Shown: positions 13,254-26,429 of the stretch, piece after piece | Layout of the letters: the number at the start of each line of letters is the position of its first letter | Position numbering within the stretch: position 1 is the first letter of the stretch | From: Psilocybe cubensis | Taxonomy: Eukaryota | Reading direction: 5' to 3' | Assembly (NCBI GenBank): GCA_017499595.2 | Contig: CM039000.1 | Span: 1,922,001 to 1,986,000 of the forward strand | Length of the DNA: 64,000 nt | Program-made: the position numbers and the translations under genes | Notes under the pieces: model-generated | Told to the model about the DNA's origin: nothing | The model's input: only the letters and a program-made list of their open reading frames with translations | The model's database searches: none

Positions 13254-16024
13254 TCAGATGAATTGGAGCTTGTTTCCTCCTGCGACTCGAATCCAGATAC
13301 CAAGATCCTCATACTGTAAAAATAACGTAAATGAGAAAAACATTGTCATAGAACCATGGCCGACTTACCGAAGTGATTGTTTCCATCAATTGAGCCTCAG
13401 TGTAACCTGAACTCAATGCTCTTGCACGAATGTCAACCAAGGATAAAACGCGACCATCCTCTTCTTCAGAATCCACATCCATGTCACGCTCGCCTCCAGG
13501 ACCTTTTCCAAGTCTCTTTTGGCGTTTCGCTCGGCCCCCTGAAGATTCAGAGAGTCCAGTCATATCCTTAATCAATCGGAAGAGTCGACTGATCGGAGAC
13601 CTGTCGATGTCGATATCGCGGTCATCCTCATCCACGAGACTTTCTTTGCTGCACTCCATTAACCGAAGAGCTTCATCCACATCGGCATGCTCAACAACAT
13701 CTGCCCACCGGAGACGAGCGAGAGCTTGTGCAAGACGCAATATGCCAAGGAGTGTACGAGCAGATGTATATGTGTGGGACTTGTTCTGTAGCTCTTCGTC
13801 CTTGGACATCTTGCGAAGGCGGACGTAGGAGTCAACAACATAGCTGGAAACCTCTCTAGGAACGGTAGGTCGTCGTTGTCGTGCAAGAGCAATGTAGTGT
13901 CTAAGTGATTGTGAGATAAATATGTAACTTAATGCAGACAGCAAAGAGAAAATACCTCATGACATTAGGTTCAATCACCTCGAACTCAAGTTCAGGGTGT
14001 CTATTGTGCATGTGTACATAAGTGACATGCTCAGCAAGTCGCTCGTCTCCATCTCTCGTTGGCTTGTCTAAGATCAAGAACAGAAGATCGAATCTGGACA
14101 GCAAGGCAGCAGGAAGATTGATATTTTCGACTGGAGATATCTTTGGGTTGTATCGTCCATACAAAGGATTAGCTGCCGCTAGAATTGACGTCCTGGCATT
14201 GAGGGTTGTCGAAATGCCTGCTTTGTTTATGGATATTGTTTGTTGTTCCATAACCTCATGAATAGCTGTTCGGTCTGCCTCCTCCATTTTGTCGAATTCA
14301 TCGATGCAACAGATACCGTTGTCCGCTAACACAAGGGCTCCTCCCTCTATAACAAAGGAGTAAGTGAAACGGTAACAACAAAAGAGAGGGGAAATGCTTC
14401 GACTGACCCAACACCATCTCGTCCGTTACGGGGTCGCGCATGACGGCTGCTGTCAGACCAACACCTGAAGAACCTTTTCCAGTGGTATAAACACCTCGAG
14501 GAGCAATCTTGGAGATGTATTTGAGCAACTGGGATTTGGCCACACCGGGGTCACCCATTAAGCAGATGTTGATGTCGCCACGAATTTTCATGCCATCTCC
14601 TGTAACTTTAGTGACACCTCCTACAAGCAATAGAAGAAGGGCTTTCTTGACATCGTCGTGACCATATATTTCAGGGGCGATACTTTGCGATAAAGTTGCG
14701 TATAGGTTTGGATCACGTCGGAGGTCAGCAATTTTGCGTTCCATTTCTGGGGTAATTTCCATCTCGGCGTATTGTTTTTTAAGCTGATAAACATGATGAG
14801 CTTCGAGGTAGGTGTCTGTCAAGAGACCTGCGCGGATGGCCTGGAAACCGGTGTACGGGATAGGAAGGAAGATGCCTCCTAAGTGTACAATATCTCCCGG
14901 GTTCATGAGACGGGTGAGGTTGCCATTAACGTGGACTGTCATTGATCTGGGTATATGACCCACAGGGACTTGATCTGGCTGTAATCGTGTAAGAAATCGT
15001 CTAGCGAATATGATTCAAGCAGTACTTGCCATTTCCTGAATTTTAACTTCCTGGAATGGACTAAAGCGACAGGCTCTTGTCTGCATGTGTAATGATCCAC
15101 GAATGCCATTTTTTTTACACTCATTTTCATTTTGGCAATCGAAAATGGGGGTGAAGGTCTTGTTGGAGATATCTTGGAATGTTTCGGACCCGCAGCTATC
15201 GCAAGTATACGCGTTCACTTGCAAAAGAGGCTTGACCTCGGATACACGCGTCACAATCCCTCGTACCGTGATCAATCGGCCTAAAGAGGCGCCTTTCACT
15301 TCGCGAACAGCTATTGGTAGGTCAGATGCCAGTGGTTTGAAGTACAAGTTGCTGACCAACCGATGAGAATGGTCTAGTTTGTCAACAAGGTGAGAACTCA
15401 CTATCTTCGAAGCAGATGTTCTGGGAACATGTCTTGAGAGCCTTCCATTTGCTCGTTACGCTCACGCCTCTGGTGCAAAATAACATCAATGACTTCATCT
15501 TGATCACTGATATCCTTGGTCGGTTGTGGCATGAGTTTGTCGACGACTTCACTGAAGAGGGTGACATATCGCCTCGTGTTATTTCGAATGCGGGACACAA
15601 GTTCAGATGCAGTGTGTTCGTGCTAAATAGATGGTATTATGAGTTGAATCTACAAGAAACATGAAGTCTTACTGTCAGGATATCTTCAAGGTCGATGACG
15701 AGCATTTGCTGGTCGCGATTGGCAATTTGTTGCTGAACGGGGATCAGTCGCGTAATCGACGCGTCAAAACAGGTTAAGACGCGTACCAGTTGATTCATAT
15801 ACTTCAGAGACCGTGTCTCTGCGTCTGCGTCATCTTGTTCATCCTCAATGCCGATATTAGCGAAGTCTTGTTCAAGGTCTTTTCCTGGGGTCCCTTTGAA
15901 TTTTGACAAAAAGTCCTTGATTCGGTCTGGAGAGCAATAAGCCTAACTAAAGACAGATCGTGCGTGCGTTATCACCTTTTTCATCGTCGTACTTGATACT
16001 GATGTGCTCAACCGGGAGGGACAT
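13254..16024 (-). CDS. MCM7: Replicative helicase subunit Mcm7
   Basis: [22 protein letters not shown] arginine finger, zinc motif [15 protein letters not shown]. Confidence 0.95.
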
Positions 16025-16222
16025 GTTGATGTGGTAGTGGGGAAGGCGGCCTTGTCGTCGGCATTTAAAATTATGCACGACACGGTCACTAACAGTGTGA
16101 CGTCCGTGACCATATGCCAAATTGAGCATATCGGACATGAACTGGTGTTTGTCGCGTGTAAGTCGCGTCCCTCAGTGCCGTCAACTCTCGCGGACGCCGC
16201 ATCCTAATCTCCGATTATACAT
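16025..16222. promoter_or_regulatory. 198-bp divergent promoter of MCM7 and DNMT1 with MCB-like motifs
   Basis: GTCGCGT at 16151 and 16162 (ACGCGA on minus strand), TCGCGG at ~16188. Confidence 0.55.
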
Positions 16223-19200
16223 ATGAGCACATATCGTCTCGTTCCCTATGTCGAAATCATTGTTCCACGTAAAACAGGAACTCGTAGGCGTTTGCCTTCT
16301 CCAACAAGTTCTGTTAGGTCCCCATCTTCTGGGAAGCAGCATGAATCGGGATCCAGTGAATTAGAAACATTCACGCGATCTCCGAGAAAGAGGAGGAAAT
16401 TGAACACAGTATCAGAGGATGAGGAAACCACTGCTAGCTCAGAATTTCTGACCAACAATGTGCGTCTCTCCATCTTGGTGAAATGAAATTGTCGATTCAC
16501 CTGTGGTAACCACAGCCGCCTGAATCCGAAACAATTATTGGTCAACAAGCTATCACAGATGAAGATCAATCTGAATATGATGAAGCTGCGCGTCGTTCTC
16601 CTAGCTTGGGTGCTTTCTCTCATGGCGATGGCCCAGCCGTTGGTTACTACGTTCCCGACCACGATGAAATTGTCGAAGATGAATCACCTTTGCCAGACGA
16701 GACCTCTCCTGAAGATTTGGATGAGACTAATGGCGATATACCCGTCCGTATTCTCGATGACTACACCATTTATAATACAGCAACCAGGGAAATAATCCAT
16801 TTGGCTCAGCTCCTCCTTTTGGACTCCTCTGACACAAAATACAGTGCTTCTGGGGTGGCGAAGGCATGGATAGACCCGGACAGCGAGGAAGATGAAGTAC
16901 TTTCGGCGGAAGACACTGACGAAAATGAAACCTCTGTGGAAAGGCTGCAGCTTTCCAAAATCCTTGAATTCTGTGTCCACAATCTGTTGGAGGGTCAAAA
17001 GGTCCTCGACCCGTGAGTTTTCTCATTCATCTCCTTCCCAAGTGTATTCAGTTCTCTCATTCATTTGTATAATAGCAAAATCTACATTCGCACAAAGTAC
17101 GCGTGGTACATACTGGGAATTCCTTCAGCTAGTTACCTTCCTTACTTCGCTCCCTTCTGGACAAGTCACCGAATACTCCATCTCTTTATCAATTCTTGTC
17201 TCAAAAATTATCGATTAACATATGAAGAGTTCAAGGAAAATCTGCAGGACATTGATGCAGAAGAAGATTCGGGTCCAATCTCAGCGTCTGATATCCTTGG
17301 CCGCAATTTAGAGTTAGATCAAGATTTAAACTCTGATGAAACTGTACGAACAAGCAAACACTCTACAAATACCTCGTTCTGATTTTCAAACATAGATGGC
17401 ATATTTAATTTCATCTTTATCAGAGATTTGCCTTGAAAACTCCATCAAGATTTCGAGAGTTCCTGCAGTTCGAGAAATCATGGGCCCTGAACATTACGAT
17501 TTTGACGTCGACATTTCATCGCAACGCTCGAAGAAAGAAAAGAAATCACGACCTGCGTTCACTTCGAAATCCAGCAACAAGGAAATCGAAATTCTTAGGA
17601 ACAGGAACAACAAAACATTCCTTACCGCCACTGTTAACGACATTGCCAAAGATTTCTTCCACGTGGCGATGGAAGCTATCCGTCAGGAGGATGTCGACGA
17701 GACTGCATCAGTCAAACTTCCGCGCCACAAGGGGCATTATACTGATCCGTTGAAGATCGTCTGGGGTGATAGCTTTCCTGGAGGAAAGGTATTTAAGAGT
17801 GCGACGGTCGATGGTATTGTCTACAAAGTGTGTTCACTCTTTATTCTGCGTATGCTATTCTAACATATATTGCCTGTATAGATTGGCGATATAGTTATGG
17901 TCGAACCCGACGATAATTATAAAGTCGATGCAGCTGTGACTAAATCTTCACAAACTGTGAACCAATACGGGAATAGATACTGGTATGACAATGTCTTTTT
18001 GTCCCAGTTACAAAATATAATGACGATACTCGCTTTTTAGGTTCATTCAGATTCGCTATTTCTTCGACAAGCTGGAACAGGGAAAGAAAAATAAAATGCT
18101 GCATGGGGTCTGGCTCAGCCATGGAAGCAAAACGATACTTCAAGAGGCCGCACATTCAAAGTCTTTATTCTTCTTGAATTCTTGCGACCACATTCCTGTC
18201 AATTCTATATTCAAAAAGTGTGATGTCAACTACTTGAAGCCAGGGTATCCTGAGCCGCCAGACAACGGTGCACCAGATGCAACCGACTTTCACTGCATGT
18301 ACGACGGCTTTTCCAGACATTCCCTCCTTTTTTTGCTGATATTTACATGCTAGGTTTTTACACGACGAGAACGACGCCTCATTCTGTGATATCCCTGAGG
18401 ATGTCCTCGACTTCAGCAATCTGGATGAAGGCTACACTTGTTTCTCATGTGACGAGGAAGATCGTCGGAAAGCTAATGAGGAACCCCGACATTATTCGGA
18501 CAGGGTCTGTGTCGACGGTGTGGACTATCATCTGCACGACTTTGTCTACATCCAGCCGACCAGGGACGGCCGTCGCCTCCTTGAGATTGGGCAGATCGTC
18601 ACTTTGCACGACTCTGACCGCATCTCTATCAATATGCTCGGCCGGTACGACGAATATGTCGAACACCAGAAGAAGACTGCAGATTCGGAAACGGATCTCG
18701 TATCGGATGAGGTGTGCCGTTTTCTGATTACATATAGCGGTACTAACGATAATGCAGAGACGCCTTTTCATGACGGATGACATTGAGGATATTGCTCTGC
18801 ACCAGCTGGATGGGATATGCCATATACTGCACCTCACCGACCCACGCAAGATTCAAGAGTGGATCTCGCACGACGACCACTACTACCTGAACAGCAAAGG
18901 TGACATCAAGAACCTGCACGCGATTTCAAAGTCCAAAGTGGCCTACTGCAAAGCCTGTTACGCAAAGGAGCAGGAAGTGATCGGTCAAGCGTCGCGTCTT
19001 GCTGATAAGAATGAAAAATTGATTGGGATGGAGCTGTTTTCTGGTGCGTTACTTTTTTTTGCTCGTATATCGCTGGGTGTTGAATGCGAAACAAAGGCGC
19101 TGGCGGGCTTGGGATTGGGATGGATCTTTCAGGCTTTGTGGAGACGAGGTATGCGGTCGAGTTTTCGCCGTCGGCAGCAAAGACGTATGCGTGAGTCGTG

Positions 19201-21083
19201 GTCTTTTCAGTGTATGGCGTGTCTGGTAACTTTTGTCCAGGCGGAACCATCCCAACACGAAGGTTTACTGCCAGGACACCAACCACCTCCTCAAACACGC
19301 TATCACGGGTCTGAATAGCGAGGGCAAGAGAGGTCCTTTGAAGTCGAACGATGAAAAGACAATGTGTCCTCCTTTGCCGAAGAAGGGTGAACCTGTGGAT
19401 TTCATCTTTGGTGGTATGTTTTGGGGTGTATGTATGAATACCTGTGTTGAAATCTATGCTAGGTCCACCGTGTCAGTCGTTCTCAAGGATGAACCATTCA
19501 AAGGTGCGTTTTTGGGTCTTTGTGCTAAAGCAATGCTGACGGAACTGCAACACAGCGGCGAGACGATATCAGGTCTGTTTTTACTTCTTTGTTGATAGGC
19601 AACGCTAACTTTGATGTAGATCGTCTCTGGCGTGTAACATGCTTAGCTATGTCGAGCACTACGAGCCGAAATACTTTCTCCTGGAAAATGTCGCTGGGTT
19701 CTTGGACCACAAATTGTACACAAAGCAGCAGACTGCATCAGGCCGGGTGGAGGAACGCATCGTGCAGTTTGGGATGATCAAGTTTTGCTTCAGAACGCTC
19801 ATTGCTCTCGGGTAAGATTCTATTACATGCTTTAGTATCGCGCTAACATTGGGCAAATAGCTACCAGGTGCGCTACCGGCTCCTGCAAGCGGGAGACTAC
19901 GGTGCGCCGCAGAGTCGGCGGCGGGTGATCATCTGGGGCGCGCGGCGCGGGGAACCATTGCCACAGTTCCCTGTACCTGTGTACGCGTTCCCGAAACGTG
20001 CATGGAGTGTGAAGCTGCCTAGCGGTGGTCGTCTGGAACCACCGACGAGGAGCAAGGGCAAGGAACACCACAACTACGCGCCGCTCCGCCCGAGGACGGT
20101 GAATGATGCCATCGGTGACCTGGTACGTGCCCCACTGGGCTGGATGGATCGTGAATTGAAAATTGGATTTAGCCACCGTTCGATTGGATCAACCCGCATC
20201 GGATTATCGCGTCAAGCACGCGCGACCGCGAGGAGTCGAGGCGGCGGCTGTATGATATGAAGATCCCGCGGTTTGACGCAATGTCGGACAGCGAGAAGCG
20301 GTATGTATTTGACGCGCTGCCTGGGTTCCCCGGGGGCGCAAAGTACCCGATGCCGCCAAAGAACCGGTACCAGGAGTGGCTGCGGCAGGGGATGGAGGAG
20401 GACGAGCTGGTGACGGGTCAGTATACGACACGGTTTGCACCGCGGATCGTGGAGGCTACAGTGAATGTGCCGCTGAGACCGCTGGCTGACCATCGAGGTT
20501 AGTTTGGACTTTTTTTTTTTTGTTGGTTATTTTTTTCTGACAAGTCACAGATCTCCCTGGTATTCTGCTTGGAGCAAAAAGGATGAGGCAAAAAGATGCA
20601 AAAGGCAAAAGTAAGCTGTTTGGCATAGCTGTTGGACATTTTTAAAGAAATTAAACTGTGCAGTTTTTTACGGGAGGATGGATGGGAATGGGCATTTCAA
20701 ATGTGCTGTGACGACGCTTTCGCCTGCTACAAAGTCGCAGTGGCCTGTACATCCTACAGTAAGTGAAGAAAAGTAGACTGATGACAGTGCTGACAATCCT
20801 CGCAGCAAAAGCGGATTATCACGGTTCGAGAGGCAGCACGGTCGCAGGGGTTCCCGGACCACTATGTGTTTGAATCATCGAACAAAAGGGCAGGTCAGAT
20901 TGTTGCTGATGTGAGTGGATGTTTTACGATTAAAGAACATGAATTGACGGGTGTTTTTAGCAACTGCGGCAGATTGGCAATGCGGTTGCGGTGCCGTTTG
21001 CGCTTGCGCTGGGAAAAGAGCTTGGAAAGGCGCTGCTGCAGACATGGGAGCGGACGGAGCGAGAGGGCAGCGTGGAGGCATGA
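16223..21083 (+). CDS. DNMT1: DNMT1/Masc2-type C5 cytosine DNA methyltransferase (RFD/RFTS-like, two BAH, catalytic domain)
   Basis: Motifs I ELFSGAGG, IV GGPPCQ, VI LLENV, VIII YGAPQSRRRV, IX REAARSQGFPD, X QIGNAV after splicing; IYIRTKYAWYIL (RFD-like) and BAH-like segments; TGA at 21081-21083. Confidence 0.9.
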
Positions 21084-21131
21084 AACTTGATCTTGTTATT
21101 TTATTTGTTATGTATATATCGGACACAGTAA

Positions 21132-21662
21132 CTAGGAAGAATTGTCTTGGGCGAGGATGGACTGGACACGGGTGACTTTGGCGTCGTTGCCCTGGCCTGG
21201 GGTGATATCGCGGTCGATGCGGGTGCCGATGCGGATGTCTGTGGCGATGCGGAGAGCACCTTTGGCGTGCACTGCGGCATGGCAGTCGTGGATTGCCTGT
21301 GAGACCTTTGACCAAGGACCCTCTGGGACAGTGAGCGAGATGTAAGAGATAGAACGAGAAACTGCTAACCGAGGTTTGTGCCATATCCGCTGGATGGGAG
21401 ATTTATGGATGCTTGGAGGAGGAGAGGTGAATAAACTTACTGCATCTGGAAGAGATGGTGAGTGGGGCAGTGGATGAGATATGGAACGCACCTTGTATGT
21501 GAGGCCAGAGGCAGCGAGGACGCGCTGGCATTCTGCGACCTCTTCTGCGACGGAGGTGTTGGCAGTGCCTATGGGGATGAGACAAAAGTCTGGAGGAGTG
21601 AGGTTGGGAGAAAGAACAGAGGAGAGAAGCGGAATACCTGCGACGGCGTAGAGCTCTGACAT
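21132..21662 (-). CDS. ECM15: Ecm15 / UPF0045 (YkoF-like thiamine-binding fold) small protein
   Basis: Spliced product MSELYAVADFCLIPIG..YKMHGYGTNLEGPW..IHDCHAAVH..RIATDIRIGTRID; needs 5-nt and 20-nt exons. Confidence 0.88.
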   Translation of the reverse strand: MSELYAVAGIPLLSSVLSPNLTPPDFCLIPIGTANTSVAEEVAECQRVLAASGLTYKVRSISHPLPHSPSLPDAVSLFTSPPPSIHKSPIQRIWHKPRLAVSRSISYISLTVPEGPWSKVSQAIHDCHAAVHAKGALRIATDIRIGTRIDRDITPGQGNDAKVTRVQSILAQDNSS

Positions 21663-21712
21663 GGTGGAGTGGATGGAAGCGGGCCGGGCCAACTTGTTGA
21701 TCTGCAACGGCC

Positions 21713-22881
21713 ATGAGCACCGTGCAATCGCGCATCTCCACCTTTGAGTCCCTCGGCGGTCGTGCGTCAGCGCCAGCACGAGCACCATCGCCATCGCCAT
21801 CGCCGCCGCAGCTCGGACGGAGCACATCGCTGCTCGATCTCAGAGACAGCGACTGGATCGTCGACGACGGACCCGGGGCACGCACGCCGACTGCGCCGCT
21901 GATCAGCTTTGAAGCAAAGAGCAAGACGCGGCCACCGATAAAACCCAAGCCAGCGAGTCTGGCAGTGCCTGGGGGAGGGAAGCAGACAGCGCACGGACCA
22001 TCGTCCTCCATCTCGTCCTTCCACTCAGTCTCCCTCTCCTCGGACACCGCGCCCGCCGAGGACGACACTACAGACGACTCTCTTGACTGGGTTCTGCCCC
22101 GCCAGCCCCCCAAGCTTCCCCAGCGGCCCCGCCCCTCCCGCCCCGTCTCCCCCGTCCTCTCCCCCGCCTCTTCCTCCAGCTCCCTGCCTTACACTCCCCG
22201 CCGCCCCGCCCCGCCGCCCCCACAGCCACTGCCCCCGCCCCTCCCCTCCCGCTCATCAGACCGCTCCTCCATCCGCAGCATCGCCACCACCAACTCCTCC
22301 CTCGCTGCGAAAACAAAGCGTCCAACTCCCGTGCCCCTCGCTGCACGCAGGCGCTACGAGGCCGTCTTCACCGCCAATGTCATCCAGCGTCGCCGCGCAC
22401 AGAAGCGCTCCTCCACTGAAAAACCTGCCCTTCTCAGCCCCGGCGAGGCACGCGGTCGTCGCGCTCTCGGCTGGCGCGGTCTCTCCATCGATCTCATAAC
22501 GGGCGATGAGCTCCCAGAACCTGTAGACGAATCAGTCGGCCCCGACGACGTCCTCGAGGCCGCCATCGTCCGTTGCATCTGGAAAAAGTCGCGTCTCTCC
22601 AACGCACAACTCGCCGACATCTGGTGAGTCGCCTGCTCTCATGCACCGCGTCACTAACATCTCCCAGGAACGAGTGCGACATCGCAGGAAAAGGCGCCCT
22701 CAACATCGATGCGTTTGTAAAGGGCATGTGGCGCATAGACGAAGAGCTCCGTCGCGCCCAAACCCACGCCATCAAGTCCGCCACCAACGGCGCAGCGACC
22801 TACCGCTCCAACAGTCTGCGCTCGACCAGCAGCGCACATCGACAGCACCATTCTCATAGACCGCGCGACATTCTACGCTGA
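21713..22881 (+). CDS. Pro/Ser-rich protein with C-terminal EH-like domain (Irs4/Tax4-like)
   Basis: RRRYEAVF..VRCIWKKSRLSNAQLADIWNECD..GALNIDAFVKGMWRIDEEL; one intron ~22624-22667. Confidence 0.7.
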
Positions 22882-22965
22882 CCTGCTATTTTACTCTTCT
22901 TTTGTACTTAGATTAATCATGCTGATAATAAATTTGCATTCAAAAAAACAGTCACAGCAATGTAT

Positions 22966-25900
22966 TTACATGACCACAGCGCCTCCATCCCGCCTACCAT
23001 AGATTTGCGCCAACAGTCCAAGGACCCCGCCGTCCTCCAATCCCTCATCTTCCTCTTCCTCGACTTTCCCCGCCGCACGTCGAGCGCTCGACCCATCCAC
23101 GTACGATTCTCCCAGCCCGCTCCCAACCCCGCCGTCCGCCGCAACGTCCTCCTGCGCAATCCGTCCAGAGCCCCCCGCAAGCTGCACGCTCCCCCGCGAA
23201 TCCCCGAGCACCACACTCGGTGCAGATGCAATCTCTCCTGCCCCAAACACCGACGCAGCAACCCCACCATCGCCCATCACCGTGCCCGCTCCAAGCATCG
23301 TCGACATCCCCACCATACTCGCCCCTACACCCGCCCGCTTCCTCACAGCAGCCGCCATCCGACTGTGCCGCATCGCCTGGTCGTACTCGTGCGCCCGGTC
23401 CCTCTCCATGTACCCACTCTCCGCAGGCCCCGCTTCGCTGCTCGCACTGCCCTCGTGCCCAAGTCCATACCCCGAGCTGCCAAACTCGGGCTTGTACGTC
23501 GCCTGCGCCCCAAACCGCCGTCGATAGTGCGGGTACTGCAAGTGCGCGTTCAGGTCCGCCATCCGACTTAGGTACAGCGAGCCCGATGGGTCCGCCGGGT
23601 TCCAGTCAGGGTTTGCTGCTTTGAAATTCAAAAAGCTCTTCTCCATCTTGCCCTCGTTCGACAGCATCTTCCTGTTGTCCCCGTTCCCTTGCGTTGCTGG
23701 TCCGGGCGCTCCAAACTTGACGTTCCCGTGCCGCTCAAAGTTGAACTCGGCAAAGCTGCACACGTACCCGCGTCCATCGACATGTACCGAGAATTCGCGG
23801 AAGAAATCGACAATTGCGGGCGCACATGACGGCAGTGAGAACCACAGGATGAACGGCGTCAGGATCACGGACACGATTTCTTGCAAAAAGATGAGCACTT
23901 TGCGCGAAAACAGCTCGCCAAAGTCTTGGTGGACCTGGAACAAAATAATCAGTGACCAGATTCGTTGAGCCTAAAATAATCAAACCTTTTTGCTATGCAA
24001 TTGGCCCTTCCAGTGATCAGGCATGTAATGTGTATAGTTCACCACCTCCGACATGAGCAGTTCTGGGTCGAAAACACGATTGTCTTCTGGTATCATCCCA
24101 CGCGCGACTGTTACAGTCGCAGTGAAAACTCCCAAATAGAAAAACACATTCCTATGCGGTGTAATCTCAAAGTTGATAAACAGCTCGGGGTCCAACAGCG
24201 TAGCAAGCACCAAAACAGCTGCAAATGACCCTGCGATGAACGCGACAAATCTATTGAAGAATTAGTAACTTTATAAAAGAAATCCAAGTGGTTCTACCTA
24301 CCGCATCACCAATGCAATCTTCTCGTTTGGGAACTGGTCGATGTACATGTTGGCAATTGGGTAGCTCTCATCTAACCGTCGGACAAAAATATGCGGCAGC
24401 TCGTTGAACTCTCTAAATTTCCACTGCGCAAAAGGAGTATACCGTCGGCTTCCGATGGTCGACGGATCTTTGTGGTATTGCTAGTGCACATTAAAAACAA
24501 ATCACAAGATATATGACGCCATGTACTTACCTCAAAATACCTGAAGAACGAATACATGAGATAATAAAGAACTATTAGCGGTGCAAAGATGGCATTAAGG
24601 ATTCCCATAAAGATAAAGCGGCGCTTCAGCCTACAAATCACCGTCAAACATTACACCATGCCATGATAAAGAAAGCCCTTACCCTTCGATAAGAACAGTC
24701 CGATTCTTCGACTTTAAAAACACCTTTCTCACTTTGCCATGTTGGTCAAATAGATATTCCATAAGACAGAACCTCAAATTCCATTCCAATGCCTGCGTCA
24801 GCATCTTTCCCTTCCCTTCCTCCTCGGGTATAAATCGTTTCAGTACGGCCGGTAACGGCACTCGTAGATCTAAAAGCTCCTTGTTGAACAATGCGATCAG
24901 GTAGTTTTCCTGTCGCATGATCCTGTTGGCGATGTCATGGGCGTCTAGCTTCGCCGTAGCTGTGTCGTCTGACGTCCGACCTTTCTTTGAAGACAGAGCC
25001 GTAAGAGGGTTTTCTTCGCGAATGGCCCCAATTCTACGGACAACCTCTGACCACGCGATAGTTTGAATATCAGCCTGCCAGAATGAGTGAGTGTACACCC
25101 CCTTTGTCGAAACAAATACTTACGTCTGGAATTTTCAAAAGGTAAGTGTAGAATTTGTACATGTCAACAAGGCGTTGGATTCCAAGAACAAATGATATTA
25201 TTTGCCAGATATAGAATGCAATGAATAGCAAGAAAAATAGTAGTGTGAATCCTGAGAATCTAACACAACATAAGGGCGACTCGTCACACAGATCGAAAAG
25301 TAACACTTACCTTGAGACGCAGTGGGGAACAATTACATCGGAAAGTTGTGAATGGCTATGCCGCCGCAAGCTAGAGTAGTCTATGCATCCGAGCAGAAAC
25401 GTCGAAAATCCGATAACGAACCCGACAGTTCTGTTATCATTGCACATTGAGCATCAAGACAAAGCAAGTCAGAAAATTACATACAGTAGATTGAGCCCTC
25501 GAGAGAGCGCAATACTATAGATCCCCTTTCCCTCGTAGTAGGCATAGACTTCCTGCAGGAATGCATCAAGGTTGTAAACATTGACCCAGTTCCACAAAGC
25601 CTTCTCATACTCGTCTAAACCACGCATAGTCGGTCTGTTTTGCCGTAAAGGAGAACTGGATCGCTGACTTGTGGAGGTGGCATTGGGACTTCTACTACTC
25701 CCTTCATCGAGTCCTGCCGGTCTTGGAGGGAATTGAGAAGATGAAGGGGATCTATCAAAGGCCGGAGGCGCGGATGGTGGCAGCTTTCTTCCCTCGCTAG
25801 TATACAGTGCATGATTTCTCCGAGACTCTGGTTTCAGCAGCTGCTCGCCAGACCGAGGCGGCGACACAGCAGGGCGGGAACTCGTCGGCTCCACCTTGAA

Positions 25901-26305
25901 ACTCTGTGGAACCTCGTCGTCTGACGACTCGTGTTCGACCATCTTATCTTCTTTGTGAATATTGGGGTGGAACGAGCTCATCTCCGAGGCACCGGGGTCC
26001 CAAGCCACTCTACGCTTTCCCTGGGCATGCCTCGAAGGTTTCGCCTCGTGTGCGTTATGAAAGATAGTGCTACGACCAGACTCCAAATCGACATCTTCGT
26101 GAGGTGCACTTTCATCATACTCTTCATTCTCCTCGGGAACAGCCTGGTTGGCTTGTGTGTAGCCGTGATATTGGCTGTTCATTGGATTGAGCATACTGAG
26201 AAAGGGACGCGAGCTCGAAGGACCAGCTGAAGCCGTTAGAGAGTAAGAGGCTTGCGCCGCCCTCGAAGAAGACTGGCGCTTAGAACGAGACCCAGATCTC
26301 GACAT
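22966..26305 (-). CDS. ATG9: Autophagy lipid scramblase Atg9
   Basis: [66 protein letters not shown]. Confidence 0.95.
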
Positions 26306-26429
26306 GGTAGAATGTGTAAAAGAGCACTATTGGAGCTGTAGAGTCGCGCGTCTGCGCTTCCTCTCTGACAGCCTCTGACTGAGACTTAACCAAGTACAGG
26401 TCCCTGTCGGTTCGCGTAACACACTTCTA

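Noticed and set aside
16223-21083. Methyltransferase as part of a restriction-modification or defence system
   Set aside because: Intron-rich eukaryotic DNMT1-type gene with BAH domains and no neighbouring nuclease
21403-23624. Many overlapping Arg/Pro/Gly-rich ORFs (e.g. 22960-23571 +, 21403-22113 -)
   Set aside because: Stop-poor frames caused by the local high GC; they overlap well-supported genes
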